Of a stretch of DNA of 64,000 nt, positions 19,930 through 28,156 are shown piece by piece. Below the pieces are notes generated by a model that ran no database searches, was not told the origin of the DNA, and saw only the letters and a program-made list of their open reading frames with translations. The position numbers and the translations under genes are program-made. Every line of letters starts with the position of its first letter. The first letter of the stretch is position 1. The stretch is taken from positions 882-64,881 of the forward strand of contig CAAGNV010000032.1 of NCBI GenBank assembly GCA_900771425.1, in the 5' to 3' direction. Source of the DNA: Bacteroidaceae bacterium (GTDB lineage Bacteria; Bacteroidota; Bacteroidia; Bacteroidales; Bacteroidaceae).

Positions 19930-20625
19930 TTATTTCTTCTTTTTCTGTTCTTTCTTTACAAATGAGGTAAGTTGTTCTGCAATGGCTTTCATGCCTGCGA
20001 TGTTAGGATGACCTGCCTGCTTGCCAATGTCGTGTAGTTTAAGTAAAGGCACATTGTAGTGCTTGCATACGGTTTCAGCCGTTTCGTTGAATGCGGTGTC
20101 AAGTTCGCTGTTGAGTATAAAATAGATTTCGACATTTGGGTAGCGCTTGGTGATGAAGTCAAGCATATATGCCGTTGCAGGCCGTACGTAGTAGAGGTCG
20201 GCAGAAGTCCAGTCGCTGTACTTGTAGTTTCCTTCTGGTGAATGTGCCCAACTGTCGTTGGTACCGCCGAATATAAGAATGATGTCGGGATTGCCCAGAT
20301 TATCCATTCTACGTATGAACGAGAGGTTGCGAACGTCTTGTTTGTTGTAACCTGTATTGCAGATGGTTGAACCCGAAAGCGAGTTGTTCTTACATAGTTT
20401 GTAACCATTGTTGGCAATGAACTGATGCCACCATGTCTGTGTGACGTCGGTCACGTCTGTCTGGTTGAGGTGTGCTTTGCGGAAATACCAGATGTAGTTC
20501 GTGTCTGGTTCCAAGTATCCTTCGAATGTGGAGTATGAGTCACCTAGGATGGATACGCTCTTGTTTTGAGCAAATGCTGCTGTTGCCAGTGTAATTAAGA
20601 GGCAAGAGATGATTAGTTTTTTCAT
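19930..20625 (-). CDS. SGNH/GDSL-family hydrolase, secreted
   Basis: Start set at MKKLIISCLLITLATAAFAQ. Block I is SILGDSYS, followed by FGGTNDS and a C-terminal GHPN-type block. Confidence 0.7.
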   Translation of the reverse strand: MKKLIISCLLITLATAAFAQNKSVSILGDSYSTFEGYLEPDTNYIWYFRKAHLNQTDVTDVTQTWWHQFIANNGYKLCKNNSLSGSTICNTGYNKQDVRNLSFIRRMDNLGNPDIILIFGGTNDSWAHSPEGNYKYSDWTSADLYYVRPATAYMLDFITKRYPNVEIYFILNSELDTAFNETAETVCKHYNVPLLKLHDIGKQAGHPNIAGMKAIAEQLTSFVKKEQKKKK

Positions 20626-20681
20626 TAGTTGTGAGTTTGCGCAAATTGTGAATTGATGAATGAAGAGCAATGTGGTGGAAC

Positions 20682-21281
20682 TTAAGCATCATCTTCGTCT
20701 GGGTCGATGTTGAGTCCTTCGCTGATTGGTGCTGTGTCGATGTCCGAAACTTTACGAAGTGACATTTCTCCGGACTTGCTGATGTCGATAGCGACAGAGT
20801 ATGCTGTATCGGCAGTCTCGTCAGGGTCGCCTACTACTGCAATAAAGTGAAAACAATCGTGTTTGCCAAGTTCCATGTAGTTGAAGTTCATGCCGACGAG
20901 TGTGTTGTGATCGTAAGTGTCTTCAGGAACGTATTGACGTAATGTCTCCTTCGTGAAATTGTGTGTATAGAACACGTCGCTGCCTTTACCTTGATAGATG
21001 GTGAGAGTTGCTTCGCTTTCGTAATATTCAATACCTTCGTAGTTGAATATAGTCGGGGCTGACTTGTTTGTATGGAAATTGAGTTCGTATGTGTAAAGAA
21101 CTCCCTGCACGGTTACAGTGTCATTCAGTGTGTATTCGTTTATCGCATGCACTTTCTGCTTGTTGCTGTCGTTGGCAATGGTGTCGGTATCTGTGCTACC
21201 TGTCGTACTTCCTGCGCACGACATCATGGCTACCGTTGTGGCTGCGACTATTATATATATGAAATGTCTTGTCTTTCTCAT
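20682..21281 (-). CDS. hypothetical lipoprotein
   Basis: 199 aa with lipobox VAMMSC. Its start codon overlaps the upstream stop by 1 nt (TAATG). It has an acidic C-terminus and no recognised catalytic motif. Confidence 0.55.
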   Translation of the reverse strand: MRKTRHFIYIIVAATTVAMMSCAGSTTGSTDTDTIANDSNKQKVHAINEYTLNDTVTVQGVLYTYELNFHTNKSAPTIFNYEGIEYYESEATLTIYQGKGSDVFYTHNFTKETLRQYVPEDTYDHNTLVGMNFNYMELGKHDCFHFIAVVGDPDETADTAYSVAIDISKSGEMSLRKVSDIDTAPISEGLNIDPDEDDA

Positions 21282-22927
21282 TAGTTGACTGAATGATTTT
21301 GTACTGGTTGTGTTGGTGTACTGCTGGTAACTATGCCTGGTTGTGCAAATGCTTCATCGTTATTTTGTGCGGTTGAGTCTCCTTCCCTGAATATTGGTTC
21401 TGTGAGCCTTGGCTGTGAACCCATGCCGTGACCGGTAGGCTTGAATGTGGTATTGACTGCTTCGCCTTTGGCTACTGCTGCAAAGTCTTGTGGTGAGAGG
21501 TTCACTGGTTCGGTCATAAACTCAGGCACGTTGTAGCTGCGCATGAAGTATGTGTAGAAGTTAGGGTCGCGCTGTGGCAATTCGAATGCCTTGTGTGCCT
21601 TGCCGTTCTTATCAATGTATGCGAAGAATAGGCGTGAATAGTTATTGTCGTCGCGGCGGCTGATAAACATAATCCAACGGCTGTTGCTTGACCATGAGTG
21701 ATAACTCTCGGCTCGGTCACTGTTTACGTTCTCGAGTTTACGCATTTGCTTTGTCTTCAGATCCATCATATATAGGTCTGCATCTGGGTGCCAGACATGG
21801 AAACATCCGAACTCACCCATGCCGACCAGAAGGTATTTGCCGTCAGGGCTGATGCGTGGGAATGTAGCGCTGAGCCCGTCTGCAGCGGCATCGTACACGA
21901 GTTCTGTCTTGCCGAATGTATGGGTGTTCTTGTCGAATGTCTTGCGGTAGATGTTGTATTTTACTTCTTTGAAACGATGTATCATCTCCGTCTCGTGTGC
22001 TGTAGTGTCCTTATATACGAAGTGTGCTGAGCCGAAATACAGCATATCGCCTGTTGGTGCCCATGTAGGGAAGCTTTCCATTTCGTCGGCAAGGCCACTG
22101 ATAGATGTGATTTCGTGCTTGTCTGTATCGTAGAGGATGATGTCGCTCTCGGTGTCCTGAACTTCAATCTTTGCCTTGTCGCGTGTGTGGAACGACTGAC
22201 CTGTATGGTTTGTTGAGTATGCGATGAGTGGCAGGGTAGGGTGCCATGCAGGATAGACTCCGGCACTGAGAGTGGAGTCGTTCTTCATGTTTATCTTTTC
22301 GGCCTTGCTGTCACGAACGATCATGGTACCGCCATTGCCTTGGCGCATGTGGAACTGCATGTTGCTGGTCGAGTAGTTCTGATATGAGTGACAGTTGATG
22401 CACTGGCCGTTGTCTTCGGTCGAAACGAGCATGTTGTTGTAGATGTCTGTTTCATCGAAGTTGGTAAGGTCGCGCTGGTTGATGCTGAGTACTTCGTATG
22501 CTACGTACGAAGGGAATATGAGTCGGTACGAGATATAGCGGTCAATTTCTTCTTCGGCAACGGTGATGTTGAATGGTTGGAATGCAGTCCATTTGCCGTC
22601 TTTCTGTGCGAATACTTCGACCTTGATGTCTTTGCCTTTGGCTTCTGACAGTAGTTCGTGCCATTCGTCTTCGTCAATGAGGATGTTTGCCTTCTTGCCG
22701 TATGTGATAGATGTGCTTCCGTAAGTGAAGCGTGCTACGGCTTCGTCGGCATCCTTTACGGCAAAGTTCAGTGGTGCGATGTTGGGTGGAACTACTACGT
22801 CGGTATAGTCGGGATAGATTGTTGGCTTTTGGTTTGACTTTGTGTAGTCGGTAGGAACTGATGGATGTGAGGTGCAACTGGCGAGCATGAGTATGCAGAG
22901 CAGTGCTATTGTAGTTATCTGTTTCAT
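21281..22927 (-). CDS. PD40/TolB-like beta-propeller lipoprotein carrying a single CXXCH motif
   Basis: 548 aa with lipobox LMLASC and PD40-like repeats (ISPDGKYLL, WSSNSRWIMF). CINCH lies at residues 176-180. Confidence 0.65.
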   Translation of the reverse strand: MKQITTIALLCILMLASCTSHPSVPTDYTKSNQKPTIYPDYTDVVVPPNIAPLNFAVKDADEAVARFTYGSTSITYGKKANILIDEDEWHELLSEAKGKDIKVEVFAQKDGKWTAFQPFNITVAEEEIDRYISYRLIFPSYVAYEVLSINQRDLTNFDETDIYNNMLVSTEDNGQCINCHSYQNYSTSNMQFHMRQGNGGTMIVRDSKAEKINMKNDSTLSAGVYPAWHPTLPLIAYSTNHTGQSFHTRDKAKIEVQDTESDIILYDTDKHEITSISGLADEMESFPTWAPTGDMLYFGSAHFVYKDTTAHETEMIHRFKEVKYNIYRKTFDKNTHTFGKTELVYDAAADGLSATFPRISPDGKYLLVGMGEFGCFHVWHPDADLYMMDLKTKQMRKLENVNSDRAESYHSWSSNSRWIMFISRRDDNNYSRLFFAYIDKNGKAHKAFELPQRDPNFYTYFMRSYNVPEFMTEPVNLSPQDFAAVAKGEAVNTTFKPTGHGMGSQPRLTEPIFREGDSTAQNNDEAFAQPGIVTSSTPTQPVQNHSVN

Positions 22928-22961
22928 TTTTATTATGCTGAATGACTATGTTTCATTGGAA

Positions 22962-24905
22962 TTAGTATGACTGGATGTTTCTGCAGAAGAAGTAGAACCA
23001 CCAGAATGTGTCGCCGTATGCTGGTCTCATTGCTTCTCCGACCTGTTCTGTGTCCATGCCTTGGCGCAGTAATGCCTGTGACATTTGTTGGAAGTTGTTG
23101 TATCGGTTGACAATCAGTTCTTGGTTGAACGGCATGGTACTGATGTCGACTTGATGTTCGAGGTTGCCGTAGAGGAATGCTGCTTCCTGGTAGTGGATTG
23201 GCATCTCTTCTTGCTCGTGTAGGGTTGCGTAGAGGAAGAACTTTGGCCAGAACTGCTCGATGTCTTTGCTTATGAGTGCGAATGCAAGAGTCAGTTCCTG
23301 AAGGAATTTGCTGTCTTTATTCTGAGTGTGTGAGAAGTAATTTAACAGGTACATCTCTATCAAACCTTCGTCGCCGTCGAGGACACTGCGGAAGTGATTG
23401 TGGAGCTCGCAGATGTTGGTCAGTTCCGGCAGTGCTGCTATCTTTGTGCTGTCGCCGTTGACTGCTTCGTATCGTTCTGCCCACTTCTTGTAATTCATGG
23501 TTTTCTTTAGGATGTTGATGTATTTCTGTGCAACATCGTATTCTCCGTTAACCAGTGATGAGCGAACGAGTATCTTGTAGCGGTCGATTGTGAAACCGTA
23601 CTCTACGCCGTTTTCTATACACCAACGGGTAGCAAAATTGGTTCGTGCATAGTTCATATATGTGATAGGACCATTGGTCTGTACCATGTGCACGCCGAGC
23701 GAGTCGAATGTTGCAGGCGGAATGGTCTTGTTGTCGTAACGGAACATTGATGTGCCCAACTTGCCTGTGTTCATAAGTGCTATGTTGCGGAACAATACTT
23801 GTTCGCGTGTTGGATGTATCTCGACGTCGGCAGATTCGCTCAGTACGTCGTTCCATCGTGCTTCGTCGATTGCACGGTACATGCGCATTTCTGAATGATA
23901 GTTGAAGTCGCTGATGTGGCTGTTCCATACGCACACGCCGATTCCGAAAATTGTAGCATACAATGCAATCTGTGTGAGGTATGAGCGCTGTGACTTGGTT
24001 CTGATATCTTCCCACTTCGTGTCAAGACGGAAATACGCGAACAGTATGAATGCCAGCGCAATGACTATGAACGGAATAATGAGCACTGTCGAAGTGTAAA
24101 TATCGACTTGGAACAGAGGAAAGGCTGCTATCCATGCCCTGCTGAGGATTGTCTGCGTGTAGAATTGGTAGCAGATGATAGGTACGGCGATGATGCTCAA
24201 CGCTGCTGCTCCGCAGTGGTAAACTGAACGGTAGTTCCTGATGCCCATGCAGAGGGTGCCGAGCAAGGCGTACCATCCGAAGGCGATGTAGCCGATGAAT
24301 GTCCATACGACCATCCATGCTATATTGGCCCAGCGGTTCTTGATGAGCGTACTTATGTACAATGCCAATACCATCATCAGTACTCCAACTGTTTCGGTGA
24401 ACCAGTAGCCTTGTATCTTAATGTAATAGAACCAATAGCCGATGCCGATAACCGAGCAGAGCAATGCTGCCGGAATGATGAGGGCAAGTGGCTGGTATGG
24501 ACTGCTGATGCGGAATGCCTTGATTGTGAGGAAATAGATGGCTGCCCACAGCAAGATGAGTACGACTGCGCCTACCCATGGCGTGTAGAACAACTGTGTA
24601 AGGAAACATCCTATCCACGCCATGAACCCTCCGGGCACGCGTGTCTGCATGTCGAAGAAGGAACTGTCGGCTACGAAGAGTGAGTTCTCCTGACACATAT
24701 ATAGATAATCGGAGTTCTTTGCAATGAGCATGTATGCTGCGAAAATGGCAAAGAGTGCCGGAATGACTGCTGATGTGTACCACTTCTGGTTAGCGGTATA
24801 GGTCTTGCCTTTTGCTTTCTTGTTATCTACGTAAGGCATTTTGTTCCCTTTTGCCAATTGGTCCTGGCTTGGGGATTTGCTTTTAGGGGTGTTGTTTTTA
24901 TTCAT
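22962..24905 (-). CDS. large polytopic membrane protein with C-terminal helical soluble domain (possibly DUF6057-like)
   Basis: 647 aa with about 10 hydrophobic helices in the first ~330 aa, then a ~300-aa soluble region. The family name is from memory and is unverified. Confidence 0.6.
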   Translation of the reverse strand: MNKNNTPKSKSPSQDQLAKGNKMPYVDNKKAKGKTYTANQKWYTSAVIPALFAIFAAYMLIAKNSDYLYMCQENSLFVADSSFFDMQTRVPGGFMAWIGCFLTQLFYTPWVGAVVLILLWAAIYFLTIKAFRISSPYQPLALIIPAALLCSVIGIGYWFYYIKIQGYWFTETVGVLMMVLALYISTLIKNRWANIAWMVVWTFIGYIAFGWYALLGTLCMGIRNYRSVYHCGAAALSIIAVPIICYQFYTQTILSRAWIAAFPLFQVDIYTSTVLIIPFIVIALAFILFAYFRLDTKWEDIRTKSQRSYLTQIALYATIFGIGVCVWNSHISDFNYHSEMRMYRAIDEARWNDVLSESADVEIHPTREQVLFRNIALMNTGKLGTSMFRYDNKTIPPATFDSLGVHMVQTNGPITYMNYARTNFATRWCIENGVEYGFTIDRYKILVRSSLVNGEYDVAQKYINILKKTMNYKKWAERYEAVNGDSTKIAALPELTNICELHNHFRSVLDGDEGLIEMYLLNYFSHTQNKDSKFLQELTLAFALISKDIEQFWPKFFLYATLHEQEEMPIHYQEAAFLYGNLEHQVDISTMPFNQELIVNRYNNFQQMSQALLRQGMDTEQVGEAMRPAYGDTFWWFYFFCRNIQSY

Positions 24906-24927
24906 TTTGTTTGATTGATTATGGGCG

Positions 24928-24935
24928 CAAAATTA
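24928..24935 (-). promoter_or_regulatory. -7 promoter box (TAATTTTG on minus strand)
   Basis: CAAAATTA 23 nt upstream of the ATG at 24905. Confidence 0.5.
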
Positions 24936-25156
24936 CGAATTATTCTTGTAATGACAAAAGAACTTTTGGAAAAATATATAAAAGGAGTGTTGCTTTGTCA
25001 GGTAACATCAAGATAAGGACCGATGAGACAATGTGCATGATGCCTTTTGAGTACGTATGTGTTTGCCTTCGAGTCCATATGTTTTGCCTATTGCGACCAT
25101 ATGCTCTTTGTGGTAGAAGCGTACATGTAATCACAAGGTATTGGTCTTCCTGTTTA

Positions 25157-25220
25157 GAACGTACGCTGCTTTGCTGTCGAACATACACTGCTTCGGAGTC
25201 GAAGATGTGGTGCTTCTGTC
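25157..25220. repeat. partial or degenerate copy of repeat family B
   Basis: ACATACACTGCTTCGGAGTCGAAGATGTGGTGCTTCTG resembles the CACTGCTTCG half-units of the copies at 35341 and 57848. Confidence 0.5.
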
Positions 25221-25304
25221 AGTAATGTGTGGGTGTTTCGGTTAATGTCTATTTATACAATCTCTGCTTCAAGTTATCGATGCCTTGTTTCTGACCATTG
25301 GCCT

Positions 25305-25757
25305 TCAATCTGAAAGGGACGCAAACCATTCGGCAACGGCGGGTGTTACCTCTTCTTCATAGTCTTCGAGATAGTCGTCGCCATAGTCGTTGAGGGTTTC
25401 AAACTGCTCGTACTGTGCCATGAACTCGTCTTCGGTCTTGTCGGCTTCGAGTGCCTCGCGGTTAGTCTTGTACTCGTGCTGGACGTCGTAGAGGAACTGT
25501 CCGAACCTCTTGAGTCCTAATTCCTTCTTCAACAGCATTGGCAAGGGTCCGAGCAGCACGTATGGGCCATAGCCGTTTTGTATCAGCTGGATGAAGCCTC
25601 CGTCCATGACTTCGTCGCGCAGGTAACGGTAGGAGAGTAGGATATGCTCGTTGAGTGTGAGCATATCCATGTTCCCTTCTGTGAGCTGTCCGCCTATACG
25701 ACTGATGAGTCGGTCGGTGGTTGTGTTGAGAAAGTCAACTGACTGTTGGTAGTCCAT
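25305..25757 (-). CDS. DUF4375/DMP19-like acidic protein
   Basis: 150 aa. DGGFIQLIQNGYG resembles the NGGF motif of the DMP19 (DNA-mimic) family, and the C-terminus is very acidic (DYGDDYLEDYEEE). The assignment is from memory. Confidence 0.5.
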   Translation of the reverse strand: MDYQQSVDFLNTTTDRLISRIGGQLTEGNMDMLTLNEHILLSYRYLRDEVMDGGFIQLIQNGYGPYVLLGPLPMLLKKELGLKRFGQFLYDVQHEYKTNREALEADKTEDEFMAQYEQFETLNDYGDDYLEDYEEEVTPAVAEWFASLSD

Positions 25758-25760
25758 AAG

Positions 25761-27083
25761 TTAGAAATCGTATTTAAGTCCGAGTGTGAGGTATTCCTTA
25801 AACTGGAAGTATCCGAGGTTGTCGTCGTAGTACTTAGGACCGCGGTTGTCGTCGAAGCGCCAGAGTGTGTAGAGTTCTGACGATATGTACTTTGAGAAGG
25901 CGAACGAGAACACGTTTTCCATCTCGGCTTCTGCATACTTATATGATGTGAAGTAGTATGAGCGGCAACGCCATGTGAGGTTCTTAACGAGCGTGAACTT
26001 GCAGTTGAACTCAAGGCGTGAACCGTAGTCGCGTGTCGAGTAGATGCCCTGCATGCCATAAACCTTGTGTATGTTGTCGTTGTCGGTATCGATGTAGCGG
26101 AGCTTGAATGAGAGTGGAAGTATGGCTACGCTGAGCGAGTTGCCGTTCTTCATCTTTGGCTTGAAGTCCATACCGGTTGAGATATAGACGTCGAGTGGTG
26201 AGAGGAAGTCGGAGAACTTGAGTTTGTTGTTTGTCCTATAGCCTGGCAGGAACTGTGTGTTGGCTTCGGCTGTGACGGTATAGTACCAGTTCTTTGTTGT
26301 CTTGATACCGAGTTTCGACCAAAGATTGATTTTGTCGTTGTTGGTGAGGAATGTGTGGCACGTGTCGGATGTGGTGGTGACGAAACCGAGTCGCATGTCG
26401 AGCTTGTTCTCCCATGTCACACGCTTGGTGTCGTCGTAGTTGGCTTGCAAGAGGAGTGTTGCGAGCATCGTCTCGTTGTTGTTGCCGCCCTTGTACCAGT
26501 TCTCGGAGAAGTAGTTCTGGGTGAACTGCAGTGCGAAGTTACCCGTACGCTTCCAGAAGTTAGGACGCTTGATGGCTATTTCGACAGGTGCCTCGTCTGC
26601 TACCTTTGCCACGTCGTCGATGTCTGGCAGCTGCGCGCTGAGTGTCTGCTTCAGTTCTTGCTGTGCCTGCTTCAGCTCGCCGGAAATAGCCTGCTCACGG
26701 TTGTACTGTGTACTGTAGTACTTTACGGCAGATGGGTTGCTGAGGTAGAGTTCCATAAGGTGGGCATTTACTACCGTGTCGATAGGCGACTGTACGGAGT
26801 CGGCATTGAGCTTGAGGATGCTGTGCGTTGCCTCGTTGTAGTAGGTAGAAGGACCGATGAGTTTATACACTACAGGAGTAATCCCTTCGTAGTCGTCGGC
26901 CGATGCGCTGTCGAGCTTTGCCTTGTCGGCAGTGGTCTTGGCGGTGATGAACACGCGCAGTGAATCTGCGTACTTGTTTGTGATTTGCCTGTTTGCGGCA
27001 GTCTGTGCCTGTGCATTCAGCGATGCCGCGCCTATCATCAGGGCGATGACGGCGTTGAGTGTGGTCTTAGTTGAAGTTTTCAT
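25761..27083 (-). CDS. DUF3078-like outer-membrane beta-barrel protein
   Basis: Start set at MKTSTKTTLNAVIALMIGAASLNAQA, which makes an ATGA overlap with the upstream stop; MESKK at 27113 is an alternative. FALQFTQNYFSENWYKGGNNN resembles DUF3078. The ending LGLKYDF is typical of beta-barrels. Confidence 0.6.
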   Translation of the reverse strand: MKTSTKTTLNAVIALMIGAASLNAQAQTAANRQITNKYADSLRVFITAKTTADKAKLDSASADDYEGITPVVYKLIGPSTYYNEATHSILKLNADSVQSPIDTVVNAHLMELYLSNPSAVKYYSTQYNREQAISGELKQAQQELKQTLSAQLPDIDDVAKVADEAPVEIAIKRPNFWKRTGNFALQFTQNYFSENWYKGGNNNETMLATLLLQANYDDTKRVTWENKLDMRLGFVTTTSDTCHTFLTNNDKINLWSKLGIKTTKNWYYTVTAEANTQFLPGYRTNNKLKFSDFLSPLDVYISTGMDFKPKMKNGNSLSVAILPLSFKLRYIDTDNDNIHKVYGMQGIYSTRDYGSRLEFNCKFTLVKNLTWRCRSYYFTSYKYAEAEMENVFSFAFSKYISSELYTLWRFDDNRGPKYYDDNLGYFQFKEYLTLGLKYDF

Positions 27084-28048
27084 ATTGTTGGATTTGGTTT
27101 TCTTGCTTTCCATAACTGATATGAGTTGAATACGTTGTGCCAAACGGAGTAGAAGCCTCCGGCAAGTGCCGTGACGGGATTCATGAACGTGTAAGCCATC
27201 CAGATGGCAAACGCTGTGTTCTTCTGTCCGAGGCTCTGTGCTCCGGCTATGCGGTCGCCGTGATGACGACCTATGATTCTGCCGATGACGAACTGTACGA
27301 GGCAGCACACGGCTGAGATGACGGCTATGCCTATGTATTCCCACAATGCTTCGTGGCTGTTATCGATGGCCTTGGCGGTGACGGCTATGGCGAGTGAGAG
27401 TGCTATTGCCCAGAGGTAGAATGCGGCTCCGCTTTTGCGGGCGCACCACTTGTGTGCCTTCGGCGCGAGGTAGCGGATGAGGGTGGCAAGTATGAGCGGC
27501 ATCATCAGCAGAGGAAACACGCGCCCTATGATGATGGTGAACGACGTGACGAAGCCGAGGTCGGATGTGCCCGAGTGAAGCAACGGAACGATGGCTGGGA
27601 TGAGCAGCGCAGCTACGAGGTTTATGACACAGGTGTAGCTGACTACGTAGCTGCCGTTACCATGCAACTTGTCGGTCACGACTGATGCTGCCGTAGCTGT
27701 GGGGCAAATCATGCACACCATGGCACTCTCTATTATTACTCTGCCCGGAATCTGTGGCCACAGTATGATTGGCACGGCCATGACGACGAACGAAAGTGCT
27801 TGTATTGCCAGCAGTTTCATCTGCCAGCGGTGGGGACGGAGGTCGTGCGGGTTCACTTTGCAGAAGGCGAGGAACAGCATTGTGAAGATAAGTGCCGGCT
27901 GCACTACGCTCACTGCATCGCTTGCAAAGGCATGTGTCCCGTCGAGGGCATGTATGTTCTTATAGATGACATAAGCTGCCACGCCCGTAATCATTGATAT
28001 GGGCAAAGTCCAGTTCTTTATGAATCTTATTATTCTCTTTCCTTTCAT
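27080..28048 (-). CDS. membrane transporter, bile acid:sodium symporter (SBF-like) superfamily
   Basis: 322 aa with about 9-10 TM helices. The general resemblance to BASS/SBF-like carriers was judged by eye only. Confidence 0.55.
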   Translation of the reverse strand: MKGKRIIRFIKNWTLPISMITGVAAYVIYKNIHALDGTHAFASDAVSVVQPALIFTMLFLAFCKVNPHDLRPHRWQMKLLAIQALSFVVMAVPIILWPQIPGRVIIESAMVCMICPTATAASVVTDKLHGNGSYVVSYTCVINLVAALLIPAIVPLLHSGTSDLGFVTSFTIIIGRVFPLLMMPLILATLIRYLAPKAHKWCARKSGAAFYLWAIALSLAIAVTAKAIDNSHEALWEYIGIAVISAVCCLVQFVIGRIIGRHHGDRIAGAQSLGQKNTAFAIWMAYTFMNPVTALAGGFYSVWHNVFNSYQLWKARKPNPTI

Positions 28049-28068
28049 CTGCGGTGAACTCTTATTAT

Positions 28069-28144
28069 GAGTGCGGTTGTGATGGCTTACGTGAGCGGAC
28101 GTGATGGCTTACGTGAGCGGACGTGATGGCTTACATGAGCACAC
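28069..28144. repeat. 3 tandem copies of a 22-bp unit GTGATGGCTTACGTGAGCGGAC
   Basis: Two perfect copies (28079-28100 and 28101-28122), a third degenerate copy, and a partial unit upstream. The array lies in the uvrB-transporter spacer, ending about 30 nt before the ATG at 28048. Confidence 0.85.
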
Positions 28145-28156
28145 GTATCGGCCAAG

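Noticed and set aside
28069-28144. Possible CRISPR array from the 22-bp tandem repeats (also 35341-35384 and 15635-15693)
   Set aside because: The units are directly adjacent with no unique spacers. They are shorter than typical CRISPR repeats, there are only 2-3 copies, and no cas genes are present.
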